Shown here: in pieces, positions 1 to 9,186 of the stretch | Layout: each line of letters begins with the position of its first letter | How positions within the stretch are numbered: the stretch's first letter is position 1 | Source: Patescibacteria group bacterium | GTDB lineage: Bacteria; Patescibacteriota; Patescibacteriia; UBA9934 | Length of the DNA stretch: 64,000 bases | NCBI GenBank assembly: GCA_049296775.1 | Contig: JBAQTB010000003.1 | Coordinates: forward strand, 76,766 to 140,765 | Reading direction: 5' to 3' | Translations under genes and position numbers: made by a program | The notes under the pieces: model-generated | The model's database searches: none | The model's input: the letters and a program-made list of their open reading frames with translations, nothing else | What the model was told of the DNA's origin: nothing

Positions 1-409
1 CGCTGACACAATTATCGCCTCGGCCTTTTCTGATGTGGGTGGGATTGGAGTCACCATGTCTTATCTGGATAACTCTCAGCAGAATCTGAATGAAGGGTTG
101 GAGTACGTGCAGCTGACATCTGCAAAATTCAAAGATTACGGGAGTCCAGATCGGCCGATGACGGCTGAGGAGCGTGCCTTGTTACAGCGTGATTTAGATC
201 TTTGGCACCGTGAGTTTGTGGACCAGGTCGCGAGTAACCGCAATCTGCCAGTTGAGCAAGTGGAAAAGTTAGCTGATGGGTCGACTTTGCCGGGGGAGTT
301 GGCGTTAACGGCGGGTTTAGTGGATGAGCTTGGGGATGCGGAGTCGGCCAGACAGTGGTTTGTGAAAACTTTGGACATGCCAGACGCTGACGTGGCGTTG
401 TGTGAATGA
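1..409 (+). CDS. sppA: Signal peptide peptidase SppA, C-terminal fragment (5' end lies outside the window)
   Basis: The translation ...ADGSTLPGELALTAGLVDELG... matches the conserved SppA/ClpP-fold C-terminal region (compare B. subtilis [21 protein letters not shown]). The reading frame runs open to the window edge. Confidence 0.5.
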   Translation, partial: ADTIIASAFSDVGGIGVTMSYLDNSQQNLNEGLEYVQLTSAKFKDYGSPDRPMTAEERALLQRDLDLWHREFVDQVASNRNLPVEQVEKLADGSTLPGELALTAGLVDELGDAESARQWFVKTLDMPDADVALCE

Positions 410-438
410 TCGACGTAATGAGTTTGATTCTAGCTTAA

Positions 439-957
439 GTGTGTATGCCGACTAAGATTGTAACGGTGACAGATAAATTTCAGCAGGGTTACAAGTATGA
501 GCTAACCGCATCGGTGGGGCGGAAGTTTCAGGCGGATTTTAAACCGGATTTAACGCCCAAAGAGATGTTGGCGCTGGGTGTGTTTGGTGGCAAATACATG
601 ACAGATTGTCAAAAAGAATTTCCCAAATCCTGGTTTACCCGGGCTAAGTTGTCACCAGAACAGCATGACGACACCCTCAACTTTTTTCATAAGCATGCTA
701 GTCAGCCGCTCAAAGTGTGGCAGGAAAAAGGCTGGATCAATGAAGAGCATGACCCCAGGGGCTGGTTCCAGTGGTATTGCAGATATTACATGGGGCGGCG
801 GTTGCCTGGAGAAGATGAGCTACAGATCAAACGCTGGAAGGCGATTAGCCGACATATTTCGCAGATCAAGAAGAATTGTCGCCTTAAGGACTTAACGTGC
901 CGACCAACCCAACGCCAAGCCGTGCTCCACTGGGCTTATGATAGCCGGAAGCTGTAA
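439..957 (+). CDS. Conserved hypothetical cytoplasmic protein (GWFQWY motif)
   Basis: A 172-aa ORF with codon usage like its neighbours. I recognise no catalytic motif. Confidence 0.35.
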   Translation: MCMPTKIVTVTDKFQQGYKYELTASVGRKFQADFKPDLTPKEMLALGVFGGKYMTDCQKEFPKSWFTRAKLSPEQHDDTLNFFHKHASQPLKVWQEKGWINEEHDPRGWFQWYCRYYMGRRLPGEDELQIKRWKAISRHISQIKKNCRLKDLTCRPTQRQAVLHWAYDSRKL

Positions 958-1085
958 GTGGATGCACATTGACGTTTTTTAGTGAATGAGAAGTAGGTGA
1001 ACGCCTGGCTACTACAGGCGGGGTGGTTTGTTGTAATTGTGTTTATGCGATCAGGCCGTGAGATTCATTGCTATACTGGTTAGGT

Positions 1086-3461
1086 ATGAAGCAATTAATC
1101 TCGTGTGTTTTAGCCTTGGGCCTGATGGTGACTCATGCGCCGGTAGCTGCGGCGGCGGTATCCGCGGATGGGGCGCTGGTTAAGGCGGTGGATGGTATAC
1201 AGGTGTATTTGCTTGAGAATGGCACCAAACGTTGGGTGTCTTCTGAAGAGGCGTTTGTGGCGCATGGTTTTGCTTGGAATGACATTCAGACAGTGTCGTC
1301 GTTTGAGCTAGACATTTACGCGGAGGGTGAGGACGTCACGACCTTTAGTGTCATTGATGTTCCGGCTACGCATGATCTGTTGCCAGATCTGATTCCGCTG
1401 CCGGCGGATGATATTAGTTTCAGCCAGATTAACGGAGCAGATGTTCTCAGATTTAGTGGGTTGTTTTGGAACAATGGCCCGGGAACACTGCGATTGCGTG
1501 TGAATAAGGATACATCCGAGTCTTATCAGTTGGTAGATCAAGTGGCTGGGGGAGTGCGGGAGCGTTTGGCTGGTGAGGTGGAATATCATGATATTCATTA
1601 TCACTATCACCTAGATGATTTTGGGACTTACATTTTGCAATCAGCTGAAGTGGAAAACGTAGCGAGTTCGTCCCAGGCCAAGGTGTCATTTTGTATGCGT
1701 GATAACAGTGTGTATGACAGCACGCTGCCAAACGCAGCTCCTTACGCCGAATTCACTAGCTGTTCAAATGTCACGCAAGGGGTGTCTGTGGGCTGGATTG
1801 ATGAATATTCTTACACTCTGCCGGATCAATATCTGGCGCTGGCGGGGCTTGAAAGTGGCGTGTATCAGTTGATTTTTGCTGTTGACCCCACCGGTATTTT
1901 GGAAGAACAGCGGATTGCCAATAACCGAAGTGTGACGCTGATTGACCTGGATATGGAGGCTCGTTCATTTGAGGTGCTGGCCTCTATCACTCCAAATGTT
2001 GGGTCGCGTCAACAGCTGGATGATAATTTGTTGCTGAAGGGTGACCGGAGTGATCGGGTGTATTTAACGTATGACGGCAAAAAACGCTTACTCTTGAATG
2101 ATGAGTTGCTGTCTGTTTACGGCCACGCAGCTGATGATATTTTGCAAATTCCGGAAGAGGCTTTGCAGTCCGTACCGGACACGCAATTTATTCGTGACAG
2201 CAGTGGGGCTATTTACATGCTGAATCAATACGGTTACGTGCGCCGTATCCTAAACCCTGAGGTGCTCGGGAGCTACACCACGGGCAATATTCCTGTGATT
2301 GCGGATGCGGAGCTGGCTACTTACAAAACCACTGAGTTTATCAAGCCAGAAGGTGATGATCGCGTTTATTCCATCAACGAGAAGCAGCTTGTAGGGCATG
2401 AAGGGAAGCTGTCACAATTAGCTATAGATCAAAGAGCGGTGCAAACGGTGAATAAAACTGACTTGCGATCCTATGCGGTTGCGACTGTCGCAACCAAGCT
2501 AGATGTGCCGTGGGATATTGCGTTCTTGCCTGATGGTGACATGCTCGTGACGGAGCGGACCGGTTACCTCAATCGTTTTGGAGCCGTCAATGCTCACATT
2601 AAAGTGCCGGGCGCGCTTGAATACGGTGAGGCCGGACTTTTAGGTATTGCCGTGCACCCAAATTTTGCAGAGAATCAGTATATTTATCTTTATTACAGTA
2701 CCCAGACTGGCGGCACTAGCAATCAAGTTGTTCGTTTCCGCTTGGATGGCGATACGCTGATTAGGGATAAAACGATTTTAGACAACATTCCAGGGGCCAT
2801 CTATCACGACGGTGGACAGTTGGCTTTTGGGCCGGACGGACTGCTGTACATTTCCGCCGGTGACGCCAGTGACAGCTCTAAGGCACAAGACTTAGCCTCT
2901 TTGGCCGGCAAGACGTTACGGTTGACGGCTGACGGTGAGATTCCGCCGGGGAATCCATTTGCAACGGCGGTTTATTCTTACGGCCACCGCAACGTGCAGG
3001 GGTTGGCCTGGGACGAAAGCGGTAATCTCTGGGAGGTTGAGCACGGGCCGACAGGTGCGGAATCTGGTTATGACGAGGTTAATTTAGTGCAATCAGGTGG
3101 CAACTACGGTTGGCCGCTTGTAAAGGGAGATCAACAACGGGCGGGACTGACTGGTCCAAAACTCAACTCCGGACCTAATCAGCAAGATACCTGGGCACCG
3201 GCCGGCTTGGCTTACGCTGACGGTAAATTGTATTACACCGGTTTGTACGGATCGCAGCTTTACGTGGTAACGCTCGCGGGTGAACACATTCAGCGGGTCG
3301 ATGATTATTTTGAGGATGTCTACGGGCGTTTACGTGCGGCGACCATTGGTCCGGACGGGATGCTGTATATCTCGACCTCAAACCGTGACGGCCGCGGATC
3401 ACCCGCCTCAACCCACGATTTGGTACTCAAAATCGCCCCAGGTTTACTTGAAGCGCTTTAA
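1086..3461 (+). CDS. Secreted multidomain protein: lysyl-oxidase-like (Cu/LTQ) domain + 3 repeat modules + PQQ-dependent sugar (glucose/sorbosone) dehydrogenase beta-propeller
   Basis: The ATG at 1086 gives the signal peptide MKQLISCVLALGLMVTHAPVAAAA. The segment HDIHYHYHLDDFGTY...AKVSFCMRDNSVYD...FTSCSNVTQGVSVGWIDEYSYTLPDQYLALAGLESGVYQLIFAVDP aligns with the LOX copper site and LTQ region (HQHYHSMDEFSHYDLL...KASFCLEDT...[22 protein letters not shown]). C-terminal motifs such as HGPTGAESGYDEVNLVQSGGNYGWP, LLYISAGD and GLAWDESGNLW are typical of the soluble quinoprotein sGDH family. Confidence 0.75.
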   Translation: MKQLISCVLALGLMVTHAPVAAAAVSADGALVKAVDGIQVYLLENGTKRWVSSEEAFVAHGFAWNDIQTVSSFELDIYAEGEDVTTFSVIDVPATHDLLPDLIPLPADDISFSQINGADVLRFSGLFWNNGPGTLRLRVNKDTSESYQLVDQVAGGVRERLAGEVEYHDIHYHYHLDDFGTYILQSAEVENVASSSQAKVSFCMRDNSVYDSTLPNAAPYAEFTSCSNVTQGVSVGWIDEYSYTLPDQYLALAGLESGVYQLIFAVDPTGILEEQRIANNRSVTLIDLDMEARSFEVLASITPNVGSRQQLDDNLLLKGDRSDRVYLTYDGKKRLLLNDELLSVYGHAADDILQIPEEALQSVPDTQFIRDSSGAIYMLNQYGYVRRILNPEVLGSYTTGNIPVIADAELATYKTTEFIKPEGDDRVYSINEKQLVGHEGKLSQLAIDQRAVQTVNKTDLRSYAVATVATKLDVPWDIAFLPDGDMLVTERTGYLNRFGAVNAHIKVPGALEYGEAGLLGIAVHPNFAENQYIYLYYSTQTGGTSNQVVRFRLDGDTLIRDKTILDNIPGAIYHDGGQLAFGPDGLLYISAGDASDSSKAQDLASLAGKTLRLTADGEIPPGNPFATAVYSYGHRNVQGLAWDESGNLWEVEHGPTGAESGYDEVNLVQSGGNYGWPLVKGDQQRAGLTGPKLNSGPNQQDTWAPAGLAYADGKLYYTGLYGSQLYVVTLAGEHIQRVDDYFEDVYGRLRAATIGPDGMLYISTSNRDGRGSPASTHDLVLKIAPGLLEAL

Positions 3462-3484
3462 AATATTGTTATTAAGTTTATCTT

Positions 3485-3871
3485 ATGGACATTACTTTGT
3501 TCTTGGCGAAGGTGTGGGGACCGACGATTTTGGCGGTGGGAATTGGGGTGTTTGTGAGTAGGAGTTATTATGTAAAAATCTATCGTGATCTTGAGAAAGC
3601 CCCGTTGGCGGCCTTTGTCTTTGGCATGCTGGCCATGGCAGCCGGTATTGCGCATATTCTTAAGCACAATGTGTGGGGGTCGTTATTGGAGGGTGTGGTG
3701 AGTTTCTTGGGCTGGGCCTTGCTCCTCAAAGGTATCTTATTTGTGATCGCTCCCAAGTTTGTAGATAAAGCCGGCGATTTTTGGGTCAACAAGAACTTGC
3801 TATATGTTGCTGGCAGCTTATCCTTGCTTGTGGGTGCTTATTTGACCATAGTTGCCTACGTGTTACATTGA
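3485..3871 (+). CDS. Small multi-pass membrane protein
   Basis: 128 aa with 4 hydrophobic segments. Confidence 0.4.
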   Translation: MDITLFLAKVWGPTILAVGIGVFVSRSYYVKIYRDLEKAPLAAFVFGMLAMAAGIAHILKHNVWGSLLEGVVSFLGWALLLKGILFVIAPKFVDKAGDFWVNKNLLYVAGSLSLLVGAYLTIVAYVLH

Positions 3872-3951
3872 TATAGACAAGAATTTAGATTTGAGACATC
3901 AGAATTTAGTTGAAATTAATCTGTATTTTGATAATTTGCTGATATAATTAG

Positions 3952-4407
3952 GTGTATATGCAAAAACTTCATTTTTCTATTGTAATTAAGGCGTCTAAGG
4001 AAAAGGTTTGGCACGTCATGTTGGATGATGCCACTTATCGTGATTGGACGAGTGTGTTTAATGCGGGCTCGTACTATGTTGGTGACTGGAGCAAGGGGTC
4101 GAAAATTTTATTTCTTGGTCCCAATCCTGACGGTTCCGGCGAAGGCGGCATGGTCAGCCGGATTGCAGACAATCAGCCATACGAATTCATTTCTATTCAG
4201 CATCTTGGCATTGTGAAGGACGGCATAGAAGATACCACCAGCGAAATGGCAAAGAAATGGGGTACGTCCTTTGAGAATTACACGTTCAAAGAAGTCGACG
4301 GGGGCACAGAGGTCCTGGTTGATATTGATGTTGAAGATGAGTTTGTAGAGTTTTTTGATCAGTCATGGGATGAGGCACTCCAGCGACTTAAGACTTTGGC
4401 TGAATAG
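3952..4407 (+). CDS. SRPBCC / AHSA1-like (activator of Hsp90 ATPase homolog) domain protein
   Basis: The N-terminal pattern SIVIKASKEKVWHVMLDDATYRDWTSVF is typical of the AHSA1/SRPBCC family. Confidence 0.55.
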   Translation: MYMQKLHFSIVIKASKEKVWHVMLDDATYRDWTSVFNAGSYYVGDWSKGSKILFLGPNPDGSGEGGMVSRIADNQPYEFISIQHLGIVKDGIEDTTSEMAKKWGTSFENYTFKEVDGGTEVLVDIDVEDEFVEFFDQSWDEALQRLKTLAE

Positions 4408-4429
4408 AGTGTTCGCTATTTAGTGTATT

Positions 4430-4765
4430 TTACCGACGATTAGTTTGTCTCTTTACTTGCACTCTCTTAATGCCCCAAAAGCCTAGGAGTGTCAGGGTGA
4501 GGATGATGGCCTTTAAAAGGTAGTTGTCATTTGGGTCTAGAAATCGGGTGACCATGGGAGTGCGGGTGCCGACTATCAGATGCGCTAGAATTCCGATAGG
4601 GAGGGCCCAGATCACCCAACTTCTGACGGGAATAAACAGGTTTAGTTTGAGAAACAGTTTGGACAACGGCCAGGCTAATAAAGCCATGCCTAAAATAGCC
4701 GCCGCTAAATCAAAAACAGCATAATCTGAAATGCGGACTTGTCTAACGGCTTCAAAGAATGACAT
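4430..4765 (-). CDS. Small membrane protein
   Basis: 111 aa with 3 predicted TM helices. Confidence 0.35.
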   Translation of the reverse strand: MSFFEAVRQVRISDYAVFDLAAAILGMALLAWPLSKLFLKLNLFIPVRSWVIWALPIGILAHLIVGTRTPMVTRFLDPNDNYLLKAIILTLTLLGFWGIKRVQVKRQTNRR

Positions 4766-5079
4766 AAGGCTGACCGTTTGTCATTGTAACAGGTTATTAT
4801 TACTGATCGCCGACTTTTGACCAAAACTAATTTTTCTGCTAAACTGAAAAAGTAGAAGTGAAGATGTAGTTCGCCCAATGGCGAACCTCGCATCGCTCCC
4901 TCACGGGTAGGCAATCAGGGAAATCTGCTGAGAGCCATAAGCGATGTTGAGACTAATCACGCCCCCCTGCGCTCCTCACGGAGCTACGGAGGGGTAAGAA
5001 GTGGTTGGGAGATTTCATCCGAAGTTTTTCGGGTCAAATCTTTCGACCACTTTTATGTTTTATTCTTTACGTATAGTTT

Positions 5080-5676
5080 ATGACGAACACAAATAATCTA
5101 AGCTTAGTTAACGGAGCAATTGAGTTGGCGATTCAGACTCATGAAGTTGATCAGAAACAGAAACGGAAGGGCAAAGATATTCCGTATATTGTTCATCCTT
5201 TGGCTGTTGGGCTGATTTTGGCTCGGGCGGGTGCTCGTGATGCAGTGATTGCCGCTGGGATACTGCATGACACTATCGAGGATAGTATTGCTGAGAAGAA
5301 GGTGACTAAAGAGATGATTGAGGATGGTTTTGGGCCGGCCGTGGCTAAAATGGTGAATGATGTATCTGAACAGGATAAAAATCTGTCTTGGCAGGAACGT
5401 AAGCGTGAAGCGTTTGAGCACATCAGCGTCTTGGAGGGCGATTCGTTATGGGTAAAAACCGCGGATACAATTTCCAATGTCTCAGATTTATTACGAGACT
5501 GTGAAAAAGACCCGGACTTGGCCTTTGTGTACTTCAATGCCTCAAAAGCCGAGATCATTACTAACTATCATCGTGTGATTGAGGTACTCATTCAGCGTTG
5601 GGGCCCTCAAGCCGAGAACCCTATGTTGGTCGACCTCCATACTTTGGCGGTCGGACTGGAAGCATTAAAATACTAA
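5080..5676 (+). CDS. HD-domain metal-dependent phosphohydrolase, (p)ppGpp-hydrolase (SpoT/RelA HD)-like
   Basis: HPLAVGLILARAGARDAVIAAGILHDTIED contains the H...HD motif of the RelA/SpoT-type HD domain. Confidence 0.55.
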   Translation: MTNTNNLSLVNGAIELAIQTHEVDQKQKRKGKDIPYIVHPLAVGLILARAGARDAVIAAGILHDTIEDSIAEKKVTKEMIEDGFGPAVAKMVNDVSEQDKNLSWQERKREAFEHISVLEGDSLWVKTADTISNVSDLLRDCEKDPDLAFVYFNASKAEIITNYHRVIEVLIQRWGPQAENPMLVDLHTLAVGLEALKY

Positions 5677-6073
5677 CCGAAAAAGCAATCATCACCACGT
5701 CCTCGAGAATGGTCGTCCAGGTGAGGGGGCGGGCGAGGAAGACGCCGAAACAACCGCAGTTGCTGATGGGAATATTCCGTAGGAGGGTGATGGTGAGAAT
5801 GATGATGAAGATGAGATGTAGCGCGATTGCTCCAAGTGCAGCCCAGCGTGTCTGCCAAGACAGGAGTAGCGAGAATCCGATAGCTAACTCCACGAACGGC
5901 AAGGTGTAGGCGATAACGGTGTAGATTGTTAGGTTGTTGAAAAGTTGATAGTGAGACAGGACTTCAGCAAAGCCTGGCATGTCTAAAACTTTCGCCAGTC
6001 CAGTTATCACAAGCACACTCCCCACCAAAATCCGGGGCAGATGTATGATGACTCGTTGCGGCCAGGTGTGCAT
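5621..6073 (-). CDS. MauE/DoxX-like membrane protein
   Basis: Four TM helices and an NCGCFGVF motif. There is a 56-nt convergent overlap with the HD gene. Confidence 0.4.
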   Translation of the reverse strand: MHTWPQRVIIHLPRILVGSVLVITGLAKVLDMPGFAEVLSHYQLFNNLTIYTVIAYTLPFVELAIGFSLLLSWQTRWAALGAIALHLIFIIILTITLLRNIPISNCGCFGVFLARPLTWTTILEDVVMIAFSVSILMLPVRPPKYGGRPT

Positions 6074-6140
6074 AAAAATGCGATCTATTTATTCTGTCTT
6101 CGTTGACCCGGGCTATGATACAGGATATCATTTAATTAAT

Positions 6141-6293
6141 ATGAAGCTTTTATCATCGTTTTTACATCGTCTTGGATTGACTAAGAAGGTGAGACAGCAG
6201 GTATCAATGAAAGATACGGCCGCTTTTGTTGTTAAGAAGCGTGCCGATGTCTTGAGGCGACTTGCTGAATATGACAAACAAGGCGCACGTTAA
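6141..6293 (+). CDS. Putative Phd-like antitoxin partner of the Doc toxin (start uncertain: ATG 6141 or ATG 6207)
   Basis: A small ORF immediately upstream of the doc gene, overlapping it by 32 nt. AGGTGA lies 16 nt before the ATG at 6207. Confidence 0.3.
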   Translation: MKLLSSFLHRLGLTKKVRQQVSMKDTAAFVVKKRADVLRRLAEYDKQGAR

Positions 6294-6705
6294 ATACTTG
6301 GATTTAGCTTCGATTCAAATCATTTACGAGGAACTATACGAATTTGCTATTCATGACGGAGAGCCGATTGCCCCATTTGAACGAGCTTTGGTAGGAAGAA
6401 GTCAATTGGCAGGTATTTTGGGATCTGTCGCACATGTAGTATTCGAGCGAGAGCTATATCCAACAATATCGGATAAGGCTGCTTTTTTATTTTATACCAT
6501 TGCTAAGAATCATGTTTTTATTAATGGTAATAAGCGCATGGCTTCATTGTGTGTTGAAATTTTTCTTTTGATTAACGGCCATAAACTTCACGTGACAGCC
6601 GATGAGTTGACAGGCAAAGTTCTTGAGATTGTTCTTTCTGATGCAAAAGCCTACGCATCGGTAATGAGTTCTTTGACTGTTTGGGTCCGTGATCACATTG
6701 AGTGA
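6262..6705 (+). CDS. doc: Doc (death-on-curing) family toxin, Fic fold
   Basis: Carries the Doc signature NHVFINGNKRMA (HxFx[ND]GNKR). Confidence 0.7.
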   Translation: MLNMTNKAHVKYLDLASIQIIYEELYEFAIHDGEPIAPFERALVGRSQLAGILGSVAHVVFERELYPTISDKAAFLFYTIAKNHVFINGNKRMASLCVEIFLLINGHKLHVTADELTGKVLEIVLSDAKAYASVMSSLTVWVRDHIE

Positions 6706-6748
6706 GGTTGATTTGATGTTGTATTTTTATGTGAGTGTAACGATGGGG

Positions 6749-8383
6749 TTATGGAGTGGTAGTGAGGTTTGCGCCGAGGGTATATTTGGTAAAGAGAGTA
6801 ACGGGGATATCTAGGACGAGTGAGGCCCAGTGGGAGCCAAAGAGTTGTGTGGCCATTGCCTCTGAATCAATTTTTCTTAAGAGTGGTGAAAACTCGTTCT
6901 CAGGGTTGGTGTCTACGGCGTACACGCTTGGGTCAGATTCGATTTTAACTAGTTTGGTACCTGGTTTTGGTAGCATTGGACGCCCCATGGGCATGAGCGC
7001 GAGGGTGGCATCTGGAACTCTTTGTACGGCCGTGAAGTCCGTCTGCCAGGTGAAATAGATATGTTCGTTAAAGAAGGGGTGACGGATCATCTGATCGTCA
7101 ATATAGTAAACGGCACTAAAGGTGGTACCGACAATGTAGGTGCGGGGCTGAACGCCGTTGATGACGACTTCATCTGTTTCGGTGACTGGTGATTCTGCCG
7201 GTTGCTCGGCGCCGCCAGTTGCAGGGGGAGTACTTGTGATCGTGAATGATCCAGACGTGTCGCTAGCAAGTGTAATTGCTAGATCAGTCATATCGATCCG
7301 GATTAGTCCCTCGGTGGTGGCCTGGGCTGGGACGGTCCAGGCGTACTGCCCGCTGTCCTCAATTTGATTAGCAATTTTAGTGTAGGTAGAGCCGTTATTG
7401 CTTGAGAACCAAATATTTACAAAGCCACCGCTTGAAACTGTATTCCAGGCAATAGTTTGCGTTGATCCGGCAGCAAAAGCGGCGCTCTCGGTTGGAGCGG
7501 TGAGCTCAATAGCTGCGGAAGTACTTGAGTCGATGATGCTTGAGCCTGAGCAGCCACGGGTGGTAAAGCTCCAATCGCCATCTTCTGGCCCGGTAGTGAC
7601 TAAGCCGGTAGAAGATCCGGCTGAGGCGTTGATTGCAGTGTTATCGGTGGTGATCGTGTAAGCGGTGGTACAGGCAAAAGCTGGTCCATTTAAAGTTAGA
7701 ATGGTATTTCCAGCAGACCATTCGGCTGTGAATGCGCCAGGATCTGGGGAGATGTCAAATTCTGTATCTTCAACAAAGGTGGTGTCCATTGGTTCTGAGA
7801 AAGTGATGATGAGGTCTTGAGTTGGGCTGTGGCTAGCTGAGCCATCGGCCGGATTGGTGAGGACAACGGCTGGAGCTGTCCAGTCTGTTAGGGCGCTGCC
7901 TTGAGTTGAGATTTGTGCTGTAGTTACGCCACTCAAGCTGCCAAGTGTGCCTTGGTTGGTGTAAGTAATCGTTGGTGCTGTTGCACCACCCGTGACGTTG
8001 GCGGTGGTTGTAACGTTCAAATATACTCGGCCATCAGATCCGTCACAGGTACCTTCGCCTGGGGTTTCAACACCGCTAGTGTCAATGCCGGTAATCGCTG
8101 TGATCCCAATCGTACCGGCGGTATTGATACTCCAATCTCCGGCTTCATAGGTACATTGATCGATATTTTCATCAAAGATAAATTCAGCGTGATCAACTGT
8201 GCCGTCAAAGTCAGCATCGACAAAATAAGCTGAACTAATGGTGTTAGCCGCCAGCGCCTGGGAAGTGATGCCAAAGGCCATGCACAACACTGCTACCACC
8301 GCGAACGTACAAACGGCCAGTTGTTGTAAAATTCTAAGACTCATAATGACATTTAGGGAGTTTAATTTGTTCGAGTATAGCAT
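6749..8383 (-). CDS. Secreted Thr/Ser/Gly-rich cell-surface protein with C-terminal repeat modules shared with the 1086..3461 protein
   Basis: Has a signal peptide and a low-complexity T/S/G-rich body. Its C-terminal 130 aa hold two roughly 45-aa modules (for example SVYAVDTNPENEFSPLLRKIDSEAMATQLFGSHWASLVLDIPVTLFTKYTLG) similar to IQVYLLENGTKRWVSSEEAFVAHGFAWNDIQTVSSFELDIYAEG. Confidence 0.5.
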   Translation of the reverse strand: MLYSNKLNSLNVIMSLRILQQLAVCTFAVVAVLCMAFGITSQALAANTISSAYFVDADFDGTVDHAEFIFDENIDQCTYEAGDWSINTAGTIGITAITGIDTSGVETPGEGTCDGSDGRVYLNVTTTANVTGGATAPTITYTNQGTLGSLSGVTTAQISTQGSALTDWTAPAVVLTNPADGSASHSPTQDLIITFSEPMDTTFVEDTEFDISPDPGAFTAEWSAGNTILTLNGPAFACTTAYTITTDNTAINASAGSSTGLVTTGPEDGDWSFTTRGCSGSSIIDSSTSAAIELTAPTESAAFAAGSTQTIAWNTVSSGGFVNIWFSSNNGSTYTKIANQIEDSGQYAWTVPAQATTEGLIRIDMTDLAITLASDTSGSFTITSTPPATGGAEQPAESPVTETDEVVINGVQPRTYIVGTTFSAVYYIDDQMIRHPFFNEHIYFTWQTDFTAVQRVPDATLALMPMGRPMLPKPGTKLVKIESDPSVYAVDTNPENEFSPLLRKIDSEAMATQLFGSHWASLVLDIPVTLFTKYTLGANLTTTP

Positions 8384-8442
8384 GTTATGCTAATTAGTTT
8401 GTTATGATTGCCAAGCCTCATGAAGCGGCGTAAGGTTTATAT

Positions 8443-8745
8443 ATGCTGAATAAAATTATTGCTGGTGGTACAGCGCATAAAGTGCCGAATGATGTGCGGC
8501 AGGCGCTTGGCGCTAGTCAGGCGGCATTAGTGGCGTGGGAGAGTTTGACGCCGCTGGCGCGGAATGAGTGGATCTGTTGGGTGACGTTTGTTAAGAAGAA
8601 GGAAACACGGCAAGAGCATATTACGCGTCTAGTCGATGAGCTGAAGCACGGTAAACGCCGGCCATGTTGCTGGATAGGTTGCATCCACCGGCCTGACAAG
8701 CCAATGAGTCCGTCGGTACGCGGAATATTAAAGAAAAAAAGATAG
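8443..8745 (+). CDS. YdeI/OmpD-associated family protein
   Basis: PNDVRQALGASQAALVAWESLTPLARNEWICWV is the family hallmark. Confidence 0.55.
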   Translation: MLNKIIAGGTAHKVPNDVRQALGASQAALVAWESLTPLARNEWICWVTFVKKKETRQEHITRLVDELKHGKRRPCCWIGCIHRPDKPMSPSVRGILKKKR

Positions 8746-8826
8746 AATTTAGATTTTAGACTTTAGACCCTTCGTAACCTCAGGGTGGTGCCCTGAAATG
8801 GTTAACGGAATGCTAAGTAAACGCTT

Positions 8827-9186
8827 ATGCCCAAGCATAGAATTTACACCATGAGTTTCTCCAGTGTCTATCCGTTATACATCGCCAAGGCGGAGAGGAA
8901 GGGGAGGACTAAAGCAGAGGTCGATGAAATAATTTTGTGGTTAACCGGATATACTAAAAAGAGTTTTGAGTCCCAGCTAAAGAAGGGTACTGATTTTGAG
9001 ACCTTCTTTGGTAAAGCTCCAAAAATGAATCCGTTACGATCTTTGATTAATGGCGTTGTCTGCGGCGTGCGGGTTGAGGACATTAAAGATCCGCTCATGC
9101 GAGAAATCAGATACCTAGATAAGTTGATCGACGAACTCGCCAAAGGCAAAGTGATGGATAAGATCTTGCGGACCAAGGTTGAATAG
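8827..9186 (+). CDS. DUF2200 family protein
   Basis: [33 protein letters not shown] matches the DUF2200 N-terminus. Confidence 0.5.
   Translation: MPKHRIYTMSFSSVYPLYIAKAERKGRTKAEVDEIILWLTGYTKKSFESQLKKGTDFETFFGKAPKMNPLRSLINGVVCGVRVEDIKDPLMREIRYLDKLIDELAKGKVMDKILRTKVE

Noticed and set aside
665-895. Internal alternative-frame ORFs within real genes (for example 665..895, 1308..1731-, 3093..3411-, 7158..7661+, 28034..28300+, 46845..47578)
   Set aside because: They are fully embedded in well-supported genes on other frames or strands, with no independent signals.
4840-5060. Assignment of the structured intergenic region to a known RNA family (SRP RNA, 6S, RNase P, ykkC/ppGpp riboswitch)
   Set aside because: None of the conserved core sequences of these families are present, for example the SRP domain IV GGAAGCAGCC.
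5979-6140. Full 104-aa upstream ORF as the antitoxin
   Set aside because: Its 5' half overlaps the convergent MauE-like gene and has no start context. Only the distal 28-50 codons (ATG 6141 or 6207) are plausible.
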